From: a virus
Lineage: Duplodnaviria > Caudoviricetes
Direction: 5' to 3' (one strand)
Virus record (IMG/VR): IMGVR_UViG_3300008255_001780
Location: 1 to 58,198 of that record
DNA length: 58,198 bases
This document shows positions 1 through 8,607 of the stretch, one piece after another (the stretch's first letter is position 1; each line of letters starts with the position of its first letter). The notes beneath the pieces were generated by a model that worked only from the letters and a program-made list of their open reading frames with translations, was not told the DNA's origin and made no database searches. Made by a program: the position numbers and the translations under genes.

Positions 1-435
1 CACCCTGATGCCGTGCTTGAACGACGCCTCCGAGATCGCCATCGCGAGGGTCCTCGCGTTGCCGTAGTTCATGCTCGCCAGGAGCCGCTCCTTCGTGATC
101 CCAGACACGAGCAGCTCCGGGTCCTTGAACAGGTACCAGGCACGGTCGCGGACACGAACCCAGATGAAGCTCAAGCCGCCTGCCTTCTGGTAGGCGCGGT
201 GCCAGTTCCTCTGGTGTGCCAACCGAGGTTCGTCCTTCGACCCGAACCTCACTAAGGTCTCCTGACGCACAGGTAACTCTTTCACGAACTTCCCCTCGAG
301 CCAGACATCCACACCCTCGAGACATACCATGGTGTCCGGGATGCCCGGGGACAGCTTGTCTTCGAACCGCTGCACGAAGGCACCCATGTATTTCAGGTGC
401 CCCCTCAAAGTCCTCGTCGCGTTGTGCTCACTCAT
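1..435 (-). CDS. VRR-NUC/Holliday-junction-resolvase-like PD-(D/E)XK nuclease (3' end runs off window)
   Basis: Manual translation, not in ORF track: MSEHNATRTLRGHLKYMGAFVQRFEDKLSPGIPDTMVCLEGVDVWLEGKF...HQRNWHRAYQKAGG; GIPD...WLEGK...QxxW pattern. Confidence 0.7.
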   Translation of the reverse strand, partial: MSEHNATRTLRGHLKYMGAFVQRFEDKLSPGIPDTMVCLEGVDVWLEGKFVKELPVRQETLVRFGSKDEPRLAHQRNWHRAYQKAGGLSFIWVRVRDRAWYLFKDPELLVSGITKERLLASMNYGNARTLAMAISEASFKHGIRV

Positions 436-647
436 CTTCTACCTCCGGTGTACTCAGCAGGCGGTGCATCTCCTTCATGGCGTCGCTCACCGACGCCATG
501 AAGCTCTTGGTAGTTGCCGCGCGCGGCGTTGATCTCTAGACAGACGTCGCCGCTGCGCGTGTAAACGCAACAGGCGATGCAGACCTGACCGATCCAGAAT
601 CCGACGCCAGGTCTGCCTTCACCACGCTTGAGGCGCCGCGAGGTCAT
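432..647 (-). CDS. hypothetical protein
   Basis: MTSRRLKRGEG...; start and stop overlap both neighbours (TGATG / ATGA). Confidence 0.45.
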   Translation of the reverse strand: MTSRRLKRGEGRPGVGFWIGQVCIACCVYTRSGDVCLEINAARGNYQELHGVGERRHEGDAPPAEYTGGRR

Positions 648-1333
648 CACCCACGGCACGGCTTCACCACCGGCGGCTTGCGCAGCTTCCCGCCCGTCTC
701 CTTCTCGAACTCCTCGAACTGATCGGGGCGCAACCTCACGGATGCGCAGACTTGAGACCTGCGGTACTTCGGGTTGAACGCCCACACCGTACCGACCTCG
801 ATCCCGTTCGCCATGCAGTGCATCATGAGGCGACCAAGGCACCGCTCCGTGAAGATCAGCCCCTCCTCGCTGTGCATCCAGACGCGGCCGAGCGGATCCG
901 GCTGCGTCGCCTCGTGCATCGCACAAGCACAGGCGCCTTCGGGCCATCTGCACTCGAGCCCCCGGAGCTTGTCGGAGGCCCAGCGAGCGACCGAGCGAGC
1001 CGAGCTCTCGACGTCTGACGGCCTCACGCGGCCCTCGAACGCCAGATCCGTGATGAGTCCCCAGCCCTCCCTGCGGTACTGCATGTCGAGCCGGTAGGCC
1101 GCTTCCTCGCGGTCGTTGCCGATGCCCATCTCGCCACGCACCCAGGAGTCGCGCTGCGCCGCGATCTCCTCCTCGGTCATCTTGTGCGAGCGAGCCTTCT
1201 CGAGAAGCTCGAGAAGCTCCCGGTTGCACTCGACCTTGTTCATCGCCTCGTCCTCCTCGTCCTGGCGTTCCCAGCCCTGACGGCGCAGGCCGTCGACCAC
1301 CAAGTTGTAGAAACGGCGCTCGTCGTCGGTCAT
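647..1333 (-). CDS. hypothetical protein
   Basis: 228 aa ORF, coupled to neighbours, phage-like codon usage. Confidence 0.6.
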   Translation of the reverse strand: MTDDERRFYNLVVDGLRRQGWERQDEEDEAMNKVECNRELLELLEKARSHKMTEEEIAAQRDSWVRGEMGIGNDREEAAYRLDMQYRREGWGLITDLAFEGRVRPSDVESSARSVARWASDKLRGLECRWPEGACACAMHEATQPDPLGRVWMHSEEGLIFTERCLGRLMMHCMANGIEVGTVWAFNPKYRRSQVCASVRLRPDQFEEFEKETGGKLRKPPVVKPCRG

Positions 1334-1875
1334 GCCAGCCTCCTCGTCATGGCGAGGCGGATCACCTCACCCAGACGCTTTGCGTTGGCAAGCGCGTGGT
1401 TCCTGACGGCCCAGTGTGCATGCTTCACCATAAGCAAGTCCACCTCAAAGCCCGCGCGCTTCAGAACGTCCTCGATGGTGCAGTTGTCACGCCAAGCGCT
1501 AGAGTGCACCGGACACTCAATGGAGAACGTATCACACAGCGACTGGAGGGTCGCTCCGTCGAACTGCGGTCCCATGCAGTAGACGGACGGCATGTCCGCC
1601 CGGTCGATGAAGATCCGCAGTAAAGCCATCGCTGAGCAAGTCCACATCGTGGTCTTGGGAAACGTTGCCACACGCACCGCGCGGTCCTGGTCGAACCAGA
1701 ATCTCAGTTTGCTTTCGGCGACCGTGCGCCCTTTGTCCAGCTGCTCCTGAAGGTTGAGCGCCTGGTAGTATTCTTCGCCCGTCCCATCCGGGGTGACGAC
1801 CACAGCGCCGATGGCCGCGACGACGGCGTCTGCACCAGTTCCAAGTGTCTCAATGGCGAGTGAGATTGCTTTCAT
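1330..1875 (-). CDS. DEDDh 3'-5' exonuclease-like protein (Rv2179c-like) with degenerate active site
   Basis: AIETLGT..IGAV, TxxFWxxQ-like LRFWFDQ, GPQFD, WRDNCT, NHALANA; GGAG RBS upstream. Confidence 0.7.
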   Translation of the reverse strand: MKAISLAIETLGTGADAVVAAIGAVVVTPDGTGEEYYQALNLQEQLDKGRTVAESKLRFWFDQDRAVRVATFPKTTMWTCSAMALLRIFIDRADMPSVYCMGPQFDGATLQSLCDTFSIECPVHSSAWRDNCTIEDVLKRAGFEVDLLMVKHAHWAVRNHALANAKRLGEVIRLAMTRRLA

Positions 1876-1935
1876 GGTCCGTTCTCCTTCAGCTTGCGCG
1901 CTTTCCCGGTTCTCTGCGGGGAGCGCTGGGTTCCT

Positions 1936-2166
1936 TCACCGGCGCCCCACGCTCGTGGGGCGCTTCTTCTCCGCCTCGTGCGCGCGTTCTACGCATCGGC
2001 ACATGGCTAAGGTGTTCCTGATGCTCCTCCAGTCGGATGGCGACCCGGCTGCGATCACGCATTGACCGGACGCCTCGTGCTCGAGTCGGATGTGGGCTCT
2101 GCGCGTCGCGGAGGCCTCCCACCCTGGTAGCTTCTTCAGCAGCTCTCGCGCCAGCTTCCTGCTCAT
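1936..2166 (-). CDS. HicA-like small protein
   Basis: MSRKLARELL..GWEASATRRAHIRLEH..GQCVIAAGSPSDWRSIRN; ATGA overlap with helicase stop. Confidence 0.5.
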   Translation of the reverse strand: MSRKLARELLKKLPGWEASATRRAHIRLEHEASGQCVIAAGSPSDWRSIRNTLAMCRCVERAHEAEKKRPTSVGRR

Positions 2167-3803
2167 TTGGTCGGATCCTTCTCCTCGGCCACGCCGCACA
2201 CTTCGACGAGGCGTGACTTGGCCCGCGTCACCGCGACGTAGATCAGGTTGTGCTCCTGCTGGAGCTGCCAGTCGAGGCGCGCAAACTTGGACGGCATGAA
2301 CTCCTTGCGGCCGAGGAGGTAGACCGTCTCCCACTCGAGGCCCTTCGACTTGTGAGCGGAGCACAGCGTCACGAGGCCTTTGTCCGCCACGTTGTCGGCG
2401 AAGACGTCCTCGATCACGGCGACGAGATCCGACACGCGGTCCTGGCCCAGCTCGCGGACGCGCTCGATCAGCGTCCGGACGGTCGCGACCTCGTCAACGA
2501 TGCGGTCGACCTTGTCGTGCTGCTCCTTCGCCTGCGCCTTGCGGATCTCGCGGTCTTCGTACTCGGACAGCTTCGTCTCGAGGCCGTTCACCGTCTTGAC
2601 CGACTTCCAGCGGGTGGCCAGCTTGACGAGGCCGCCACCGATCTGGCGCCCCTCGATCTTCGCGGGCAGGCCCATACGGATCATCTTGAAGCACAGGCCG
2701 ACCAGGTACTTGTTGTACCGGCACAGGATCGCCGTCTCGCGGTAGTCCTTGCGGCCGAGCGCGGCCAGCTCGTCCAGCATCGAGGACCAGTTCATCTCGA
2801 CCAGTTCGCCCTCGGGCGCCGACTCGTGGGCCGTGATATGGTCGACCCACTGCCTCGCGTGAGCGACGACCGCCTTCGGGCAGCGGTAGGTGACCGTGAG
2901 GGGCAGCTCCTGCGCGTCGAACCGACCACGGATCTGCTCGAGCGAGTCGTTGTCCGCACCCGTGAACCCGAAGATGGCTTGGTGGGGGTCGCCGACCGCG
3001 ACGAGGCGACCGCCCTTCGCCATGACCTTCATGGCCAGCGCGCGGCGCGTCGGGTTCGTGTCCTGCGCCTCGTCCACGAGGACCCAGTTGAACCGGTGCC
3101 ACGGGGCGAGACGGATGTCACGCGCAAGCGGCAGGTAGACCATATCGTCCATGTCCACCGTCGTGAGCATCTGGTTCGAGCGGCACAGGACCGCTCGTGC
3201 GAAGGTGCAGGCCTGATCCTCGCGGCCCTCAGGCAGCGACTCGGACATGTCGAACTGGTCAACCATCGCGCGCCAGTTACCCATGTCGGTCATGTCGGTC
3301 AGCTCGCGAGCGATCCAGCCGGCTTCCGAGGGCTTCACGAAGCCGCGGTTCTTCGCCATCGAGACGATGGCTTCGACGGCGCCCGAGATCTCGCGCAGGT
3401 CATCGCGCGATTGCTGCTCGGTCGCCTCTTTCTGCTGGATGACCTGCTCAATGATCGAGCGGACCTTGTGCTCGTCGACCACGACCTCGTTGCCCTTGCC
3501 AGCCGCCGACCGTAGGATCGAGAAGCCAAGCGAGTGGAACGTGGAGGACTCGACGCGGTCGGTCGCGCGGAACGCGGTGCGCGCGACCAAGTCGTCGCGC
3601 AAGGCGAGCTTGCCTTGGATCTCGGTCGCCATCTTCTTGTTGTAGACGCCGAACCAGACCTTGCCGCGCATCGAGGCGATGCCATTCAGGATGGTGGTCG
3701 TCTTGCCAGCGCCTGCGACCGCGTTGAGGATGCAGTTGCCCGAACCGCTAGCGACCCAGTCGTAGAAGGCCTGCTGCGCGGGGGAGGGTTTGAAGTTGTT
3801 CAT
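2163..3803 (-). CDS. UvrD/Rep-like SF1 helicase
   Basis: AVAGAGKTT, LVDEAQD, VGDPHQAIFGF, TYRCP, HKSKGLEW, YVAVTRAK; start MNNFK after CAACGGAG RBS. Confidence 0.92.
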   Translation of the reverse strand: MNNFKPSPAQQAFYDWVASGSGNCILNAVAGAGKTTTILNGIASMRGKVWFGVYNKKMATEIQGKLALRDDLVARTAFRATDRVESSTFHSLGFSILRSAAGKGNEVVVDEHKVRSIIEQVIQQKEATEQQSRDDLREISGAVEAIVSMAKNRGFVKPSEAGWIARELTDMTDMGNWRAMVDQFDMSESLPEGREDQACTFARAVLCRSNQMLTTVDMDDMVYLPLARDIRLAPWHRFNWVLVDEAQDTNPTRRALAMKVMAKGGRLVAVGDPHQAIFGFTGADNDSLEQIRGRFDAQELPLTVTYRCPKAVVAHARQWVDHITAHESAPEGELVEMNWSSMLDELAALGRKDYRETAILCRYNKYLVGLCFKMIRMGLPAKIEGRQIGGGLVKLATRWKSVKTVNGLETKLSEYEDREIRKAQAKEQHDKVDRIVDEVATVRTLIERVRELGQDRVSDLVAVIEDVFADNVADKGLVTLCSAHKSKGLEWETVYLLGRKEFMPSKFARLDWQLQQEHNLIYVAVTRAKSRLVEVCGVAEEKDPTK

Positions 3804-3831
3804 GTCCGTTACTCCGTTGGTTTTGTGTCTA

Positions 3832-4044
3832 TCACAGGAAGCGGTTGAAGAAATCATCCTGCGTCTCGATCATGTCGAAGTCGACAATAGGGTTGCAGGC
3901 GTTCGAGGGGATCGAGTCGGACACGGTATTGAGAATCTTCGCGGCCATCTCATCCGGGTGATCGTCGAGCGATTTCTTCGACATGGTGAAAGGCACGTCG
4001 CGCGAGCCGTCGAGTCGGATGCGAGTGATCTGGTAGGCGTTCAT
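3832..4044 (-). CDS. hypothetical protein
   Basis: 70 aa directly after promoter and CAACGGAG RBS. Confidence 0.65.
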   Translation of the reverse strand: MNAYQITRIRLDGSRDVPFTMSKKSLDDHPDEMAAKILNTVSDSIPSNACNPIVDFDMIETQDDFFNRFL

Positions 4045-4070
4045 GTCCGTTACTCCGTTGCTGTCCCCAC

Positions 4071-4099
4071 AGTATAAGCGAGAACGCGGCCCGCGTCAA
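4071..4099 (-). promoter_or_regulatory. sigma70-type promoter
   Basis: TTGACG-17 nt-TATACT followed by CAGCAACGGAG leader. Confidence 0.8.
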
Positions 4100-4127
4100 T
4101 GAGGTTCGACGCGGGCCCACCTGTGCA

Positions 4128-4598
4128 TCAGGGCCTCCAAACCTCTTCCCAGGGCTCCGTCGACCACGCAGACGCGCCGTTGACGAACACCTCGGACGCC
4201 GACGCGACGAGGAGCTCCGCGCGGTCGAGGTTGCGGTCGATGGCGGGATCCAGACCCTGCAGGTCGGCCCGCGCGTAGGCGATGCCCACGGAGGCTTCTG
4301 CCAGCTTGAGCGCCTGGCAGTAGCGGTCGAGGTCGAACTCGCCGTGGGACCAGGACAGGAAGAACACGGTGACCGACGTGCTCGACTTCGGGACGACGCA
4401 GGAGCCCTGCTGCATCCCAGAGATGGACGGCGCGATGCTGTCCGAGGTCGTCGCGACGCCGGTCAGGCGGTCGCCGCCACCGCCGCCGCCCCCGCCGATC
4501 ATGGCGATGGCCTGGGAAGCAGCGGCCGCCTCGGCACCCGACTGCGCGAACGAGGTGGCGGGCACGAGGATCGCCGCGGCAAGGAGAAGGTACTTCAT
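4128..4598 (-). CDS. exported protein with signal peptide, poly-Gly linker and Cys pair
   Basis: MKYLLLAAAILVPATSFA signal peptide; G8 run; APSISG..SC..YC. Confidence 0.7.
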   Translation of the reverse strand: MKYLLLAAAILVPATSFAQSGAEAAAASQAIAMIGGGGGGGGDRLTGVATTSDSIAPSISGMQQGSCVVPKSSTSVTVFFLSWSHGEFDLDRYCQALKLAEASVGIAYARADLQGLDPAIDRNLDRAELLVASASEVFVNGASAWSTEPWEEVWRP

Positions 4599-4676
4599 GA
4601 CATTGCTCCATTCATGAGGAGTTGACTCTCAGTTGGAAGCTGCCCATTTACACGGGCAGCCTCCTACTGCCGAGGA

Positions 4677-4994
4677 TCAGAAGCGGCCCCAGCCCTGACC
4701 CCAGCCCTTGCCACCGGCCGCGACACCGCCGCCGAACTTGTTGCCGAAGCCCTCGGTCTTCGAGCCGGTCTGCGTGTCGAGCTTGAAGCCAGTCTTGGTC
4801 TCGCGGACGGCCGCCGAACCGAAGGACTGGTTCATCGCGCCGACCGCCCAGTTGCCCGCCTGGGCGCCGTTGATGAAGCCGGAGCCCGAGAACGAGCCGG
4901 TGAACATGCCGCCCTGGAACTTGTCGGAGTCGGCGTGCGCGACGGAGCCGAGGGCCAGGATCGACACGACGGCGGCGAGGATGGTGCTCTTCAT
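4677..4994 (-). CDS. exported Gly-rich protein
   Basis: MKSTILAAVVSILALGSVAHA signal peptide (AxA cleavage); G/F/W-rich mature part ending GWGQGWGRF; GGAG RBS. Confidence 0.7.
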   Translation of the reverse strand: MKSTILAAVVSILALGSVAHADSDKFQGGMFTGSFSGSGFINGAQAGNWAVGAMNQSFGSAAVRETKTGFKLDTQTGSKTEGFGNKFGGGVAAGGKGWGQGWGRF

Positions 4995-5082
4995 GGTAGT
5001 CTCCAGTGTTCGGGCCACTCGGCCCTGTCTTGAGGTCCAATCGCCTCTCACTGCAGCGCCTCAACGCCGCAGGAAGTGGCGG

Positions 5083-5919
5083 TCAGATGAAGCCCGTCTG
5101 CACGGGGGCACGTTCATAGGTGGCGGACACATCGAAGCACAGGATAGCACCGTGGTGTCCGTCACGGTGTCCCCAGGCACGGGACCGCTCGTTCACGAAG
5201 AACAGCGGGTGTCCCTTGTCACTCAGCGAGGCGCCCGAGTCGTCGAGGGTCGGGATGCCCGCGCGGCTCCCCTCGCGCTCGAGGCGCAGGCCCGACCACT
5301 TGCCGTGCGGCCAGTAGACGGTGAACCCGGCGAACTTCTCGCCCTCCTCGGTGATCACGGTCACCGGCTGGCTCTGGTTCTTCACCCCGGGCTTGACGCC
5401 CTCGAGGCGCGAGGACAGGACCATCTCGAGCGGGTCTGCCTGGACCACGGCCATGCCGTAGAGGAAGGGCTCGTTGTCGTCCCGAAGGCGGCACAGCTTG
5501 AAGCGCTCGAGGACCATCTCGGGCGAGAGCACCATGCGGGGGAACCCAGCGCCGTTCGGGTAGACGGAGACCCACTGGGATGGAGAATGGTTGCCCATGA
5601 TCACAGCTCTACCTGAGCGCAGCACACCGTCCTCGTCGAAGCGAAAACCAGTCAGGCCTTCCTGCTTCGCGAACTCGATGTCCAGCCGGATGTGCTCGAG
5701 GATCGCCTCGGGCGGCGAGCCGGTCAGTTCGTGCTGCACCGTGCTCAGGATCTGAGTAGCCGCCAGCTCATAGTGCTTCGCCGAGACGCCAGTGTGGCGT
5801 CCGCGGGACACGTTCGAGGGCGAGCACCCGAGCATGTCGGCGACCTTCTTCTGACTGCCGACCAGATCGACGAGGCGGCGAAGGTTCGGGCACTCGACGT
5901 AGTTTGCTGGGTTGTCCAT
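5083..5919 (-). CDS. HTH (Cro/XRE-like) N-terminal domain fused to unknown domain
   Basis: GSQKKVADMLGCSPSNVSR helix-turn-helix; start MDNPAN after GGGAG. Confidence 0.6.
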   Translation of the reverse strand: MDNPANYVECPNLRRLVDLVGSQKKVADMLGCSPSNVSRGRHTGVSAKHYELAATQILSTVQHELTGSPPEAILEHIRLDIEFAKQEGLTGFRFDEDGVLRSGRAVIMGNHSPSQWVSVYPNGAGFPRMVLSPEMVLERFKLCRLRDDNEPFLYGMAVVQADPLEMVLSSRLEGVKPGVKNQSQPVTVITEEGEKFAGFTVYWPHGKWSGLRLEREGSRAGIPTLDDSGASLSDKGHPLFFVNERSRAWGHRDGHHGAILCFDVSATYERAPVQTGFI

Positions 5920-5920
5920 G

Positions 5921-6388
5921 TCACTTGTCTCCCTTGAGGTAGCGGTGGATTCCCTGAATGACCGAGGAGTTCGCGAGCAGCACCTTGGCGAGCCCTGCGT
6001 GGGAGTCATCCATCAGCTTGAGCCGACCAAGGTTGTTCGCGATATGAGTCATGCTCCGCGTGTTCTCGTCCGACCGGCCCTTGAAGGCCCCCTCGAGGTT
6101 CGCGTTGACGTTCGAGCGAAGGACGTCCTCCTGTCCAGGGTTCGTGAAGATCGCGACCCAAGACAAGGTGGCGAAGAGGTAGGCGTTCAGGATGGCATTG
6201 AGGCGCGTCTCGTCCTGCCGAGCGTCCTGCATCTGATCGAGCATCACTGTCCAGAGCCGAGGAGCGACTTCGCTTATAACGTCGGCCATCGTGTCGCGAA
6301 GCTCTTCACGGCGCATCTGCTGCACGTCCTCCGGGGACATGTTGCGGAGGCGCTTCATGAACGCCTCGAAGTCAAAGTGGTCGGACAT
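5921..6388 (-). CDS. hypothetical protein
   Basis: MSDHFDF... after TATAAT and CAACGGAGG leader. Confidence 0.65.
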   Translation of the reverse strand: MSDHFDFEAFMKRLRNMSPEDVQQMRREELRDTMADVISEVAPRLWTVMLDQMQDARQDETRLNAILNAYLFATLSWVAIFTNPGQEDVLRSNVNANLEGAFKGRSDENTRSMTHIANNLGRLKLMDDSHAGLAKVLLANSSVIQGIHRYLKGDK

Positions 6389-6459
6389 CAGGGTGCCTCC
6401 GTTGCTGTTCACGCATTATAGCGAGGAATGCCCTGCGTGACAGGAGCATTCCGAGGTCC

Positions 6460-7050
6460 CTAGCCAATGTCCAAGGTGGCGCCGCAGTTCTTGTCTGGGC
6501 ATTGCATGTCGCCACCCGCCGCCTCGATCCACTGCACTGTGGTGCGCATGACGAGGCCGCACTCGGGGCAGGAGCACTTGATCATGCGGGTGGTCTGCTT
6601 CTTCTGCCCGTTGCCACCGGCGCGGAGCTTCGCGTGAGGCAGCGGCCCGAGCGAGGCGACGATCTTGTCCGCCCATGCGTGCCAGTCAGGCCCGGCAACG
6701 GTCGCCGTTGGTTTGCCGATGAGGCCGGCCGCTTTCATGCACGTGACGAAGGGGCCCTTGTGCCCGGCTTCTAGGCCGACCGCAGCATGGATCAGTTCGT
6801 GGGTGTGGATGTCCGCGATGCGCGAGGCGTCGCCGATCAGCGGGGAGATGAAGATCTCGAAGGTCGCGTCCTCCGAGCACGAGTGATCCCAGCACTCGCC
6901 GATGCGCTTGCCGCGCGCACCGTGCGACGTGAAGCCCACGGACACACGGACCTTTTCTGGGATCGGGAACCCGGCGCGCTTGAACACGGGCCGCGCGCGC
7001 TTCGTGAACTCGTTCAACCACGCTTCGCGGGTCTTGAAGGTTCGGGACAT
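6460..7050 (-). CDS. SprT-like zinc metalloprotease with C-terminal Zn ribbon
   Basis: IGECW, HELIH..GHKGPF zincin motif, CPEC...CPDKNC. Confidence 0.8.
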   Translation of the reverse strand: MSRTFKTREAWLNEFTKRARPVFKRAGFPIPEKVRVSVGFTSHGARGKRIGECWDHSCSEDATFEIFISPLIGDASRIADIHTHELIHAAVGLEAGHKGPFVTCMKAAGLIGKPTATVAGPDWHAWADKIVASLGPLPHAKLRAGGNGQKKQTTRMIKCSCPECGLVMRTTVQWIEAAGGDMQCPDKNCGATLDIG

Positions 7051-7097
7051 GACTGTTGCTCCAGTTGATGGTGCGGGGCTTGCGCCCCGCGAGGTTG

Positions 7098-7394
7098 TCA
7101 GTTGAGGTAGACGAAAGACAGCCCGCACCGTTCGGACGTAGGTGTGACAACGAGTCGAATCTTCGCGCCGCGCTTGTCAACGAAGGTGCGGCCCACATCG
7201 CCGATAACTTTGATGAACTCCGCGCGCGAGATCGAGATGCAAGTCGACCCCTCAAAACCACGGTCATCTTCGGTCGGGAGGAAGCAGTTGATGCGAACCT
7301 GAAACCGCGGGCGGCCCTCGAGGTTGCGGACAAAGCGCTGCGCGTCTGCGACGCTATCGAACGCGAGCTTATCTTCCTTGGTTATCCTGGACAT
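7098..7394 (-). CDS. hypothetical protein
   Basis: 98 aa, AGGAG RBS. Confidence 0.6.
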   Translation of the reverse strand: MSRITKEDKLAFDSVADAQRFVRNLEGRPRFQVRINCFLPTEDDRGFEGSTCISISRAEFIKVIGDVGRTFVDKRGAKIRLVVTPTSERCGLSFVYLN

Positions 7395-7412
7395 GTCGGT
7401 TGCTCCTGTTGA

Positions 7413-7559
7413 TCAGTCGATATAGGCAGCGAAGATGTCATGCACACCTGTTTTCAGCCAGTAGCGTGCGACAGTTTCGTCTTCGCCAAATTGTTCAACG
7501 CGTTCGCGCCCAACGTAGCCGATCCAGTTTCCGTAGATGTTTTTCTTGATGCGGCGCAT
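7413..7559 (-). CDS. small hypothetical protein (48 aa)
   Basis: Manual translation MRRIKKNIYGNWIGYVGRERVEQFGEDETVARYWLKTGVHDIFAAYID; first gene after consensus promoter. Confidence 0.65.
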   Translation of the reverse strand: MRRIKKNIYGNWIGYVGRERVEQFGEDETVARYWLKTGVHDIFAAYID

Positions 7560-7585
7560 GACCGTTTCTCCGTTGCTACCCCTGC

Positions 7586-7614
7586 ATCATAGGGGTTCTC
7601 GTGGAGTCTGTCAA
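7586..7614 (-). promoter_or_regulatory. sigma70-type promoter
   Basis: TTGACA-17 nt-TATGAT then TAGCAACGGAG. Confidence 0.88.
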
Positions 7615-7635
7615 CGCGTTTAAACGATCACCGCT

Positions 7636-7899
7636 TCAGAAATCACGTCCAGGGAGCAGCACCTTGCCTATGGCGCCACCTGACGGGTTCGTGATCACCT
7701 CCGGGCGCTCCATCTGCGTGATCAGCGCCACCTCGTAGTCGATGATCTCGAACTCGTGGTTCGGGTTCGCATTGATGGCGGTCACGAAGCGAGCAGCCCC
7801 ATCCGCACCACCCTCGACCTCGACGATGTCCGCCTCCTCGATGCCCACCTTCGGCGAGGTGTTCTTGTAGCGCTTGACGATGCGGATCTTGTTACCCAC
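7636..7899 (-). CDS. hypothetical protein
   Basis: 87 aa, AAGGAG RBS, GTG start. Confidence 0.6.
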   Translation of the reverse strand: MGNKIRIVKRYKNTSPKVGIEEADIVEVEGGADGAARFVTAINANPNHEFEIIDYEVALITQMERPEVITNPSGGAIGKVLLPGRDF

Positions 7900-8167
7900 G
7901 AGAGAACTCCTTCGTAATCTGTGCGACCTGCTGGTCGAAGTGCGCTCGAGCGCCGAGCATCTTCTGCGTCACGCGCGACGCTTCGGCCTCGGCTTCCTGA
8001 AACGTCGAGAAGCCTCGCCGCACCAGCCAGCTTGCTTTGGCGATACGGTGAACCGAGCCGTCGGACAGGCACTTGACCACCAGCGTCTTGTCGGTCTCGC
8101 CTACGACCTCGCGCGCGGCGAAACGGCGGTTGAAAGGCATCTCGATGACTGCGAACTCGAAACTCAC
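7892..8167 (-). CDS. hypothetical protein
   Basis: GTG start overlapping dCMP deaminase stop (GTGA), AGGAGG RBS. Confidence 0.55.
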   Translation of the reverse strand: MSFEFAVIEMPFNRRFAAREVVGETDKTLVVKCLSDGSVHRIAKASWLVRRGFSTFQEAEAEASRVTQKMLGARAHFDQQVAQITKEFSRG

Positions 8168-8607
8168 TTGAGGTCCTCCTTGATCAAAAAGAGGCTCACC
8201 TTCGCTTCCCGGAACATGATGGCGGACGCCGCGAACGACGTGCCGAACCGCTCCTGCAAGCCGTCGGAGGGCTTGCGCGTGATCACTGCTCGAACGCCAG
8301 CCTGGATCAAGAGACCGGCGCACGTCGAGCAGGGGTGGTGCGTGACATAGGCGGTAGAGCCCTCCGTCTTGCCCACGGCGTTCAGGATGGCATTGGCCTC
8401 CGCGTGCTGCACCATGAGGTACTTCGTCGGGCGGTCCTCGTAGCGCTCGCGCTCGTCCGACACCCCACGCGGGAAGCCGTTGTAGCCCATCCCGACGACG
8501 CGGCGGTGGTCATCGACCAGGATGCACCCTACCTGCGTCGAGGGGTCCTTCGACCACGTCGCGACGTGCTCGGCGAGTGCTATGAACCTGCGGTGCCACT
8601 TCATCAT
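8164..8607 (-). CDS. dCMP deaminase
   Basis: SKDPSTQVGC, GYNGFPRG, HAEANA, PCSTC zinc motifs. Confidence 0.93.
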   Translation of the reverse strand: MMKWHRRFIALAEHVATWSKDPSTQVGCILVDDHRRVVGMGYNGFPRGVSDERERYEDRPTKYLMVQHAEANAILNAVGKTEGSTAYVTHHPCSTCAGLLIQAGVRAVITRKPSDGLQERFGTSFAASAIMFREAKVSLFLIKEDLK

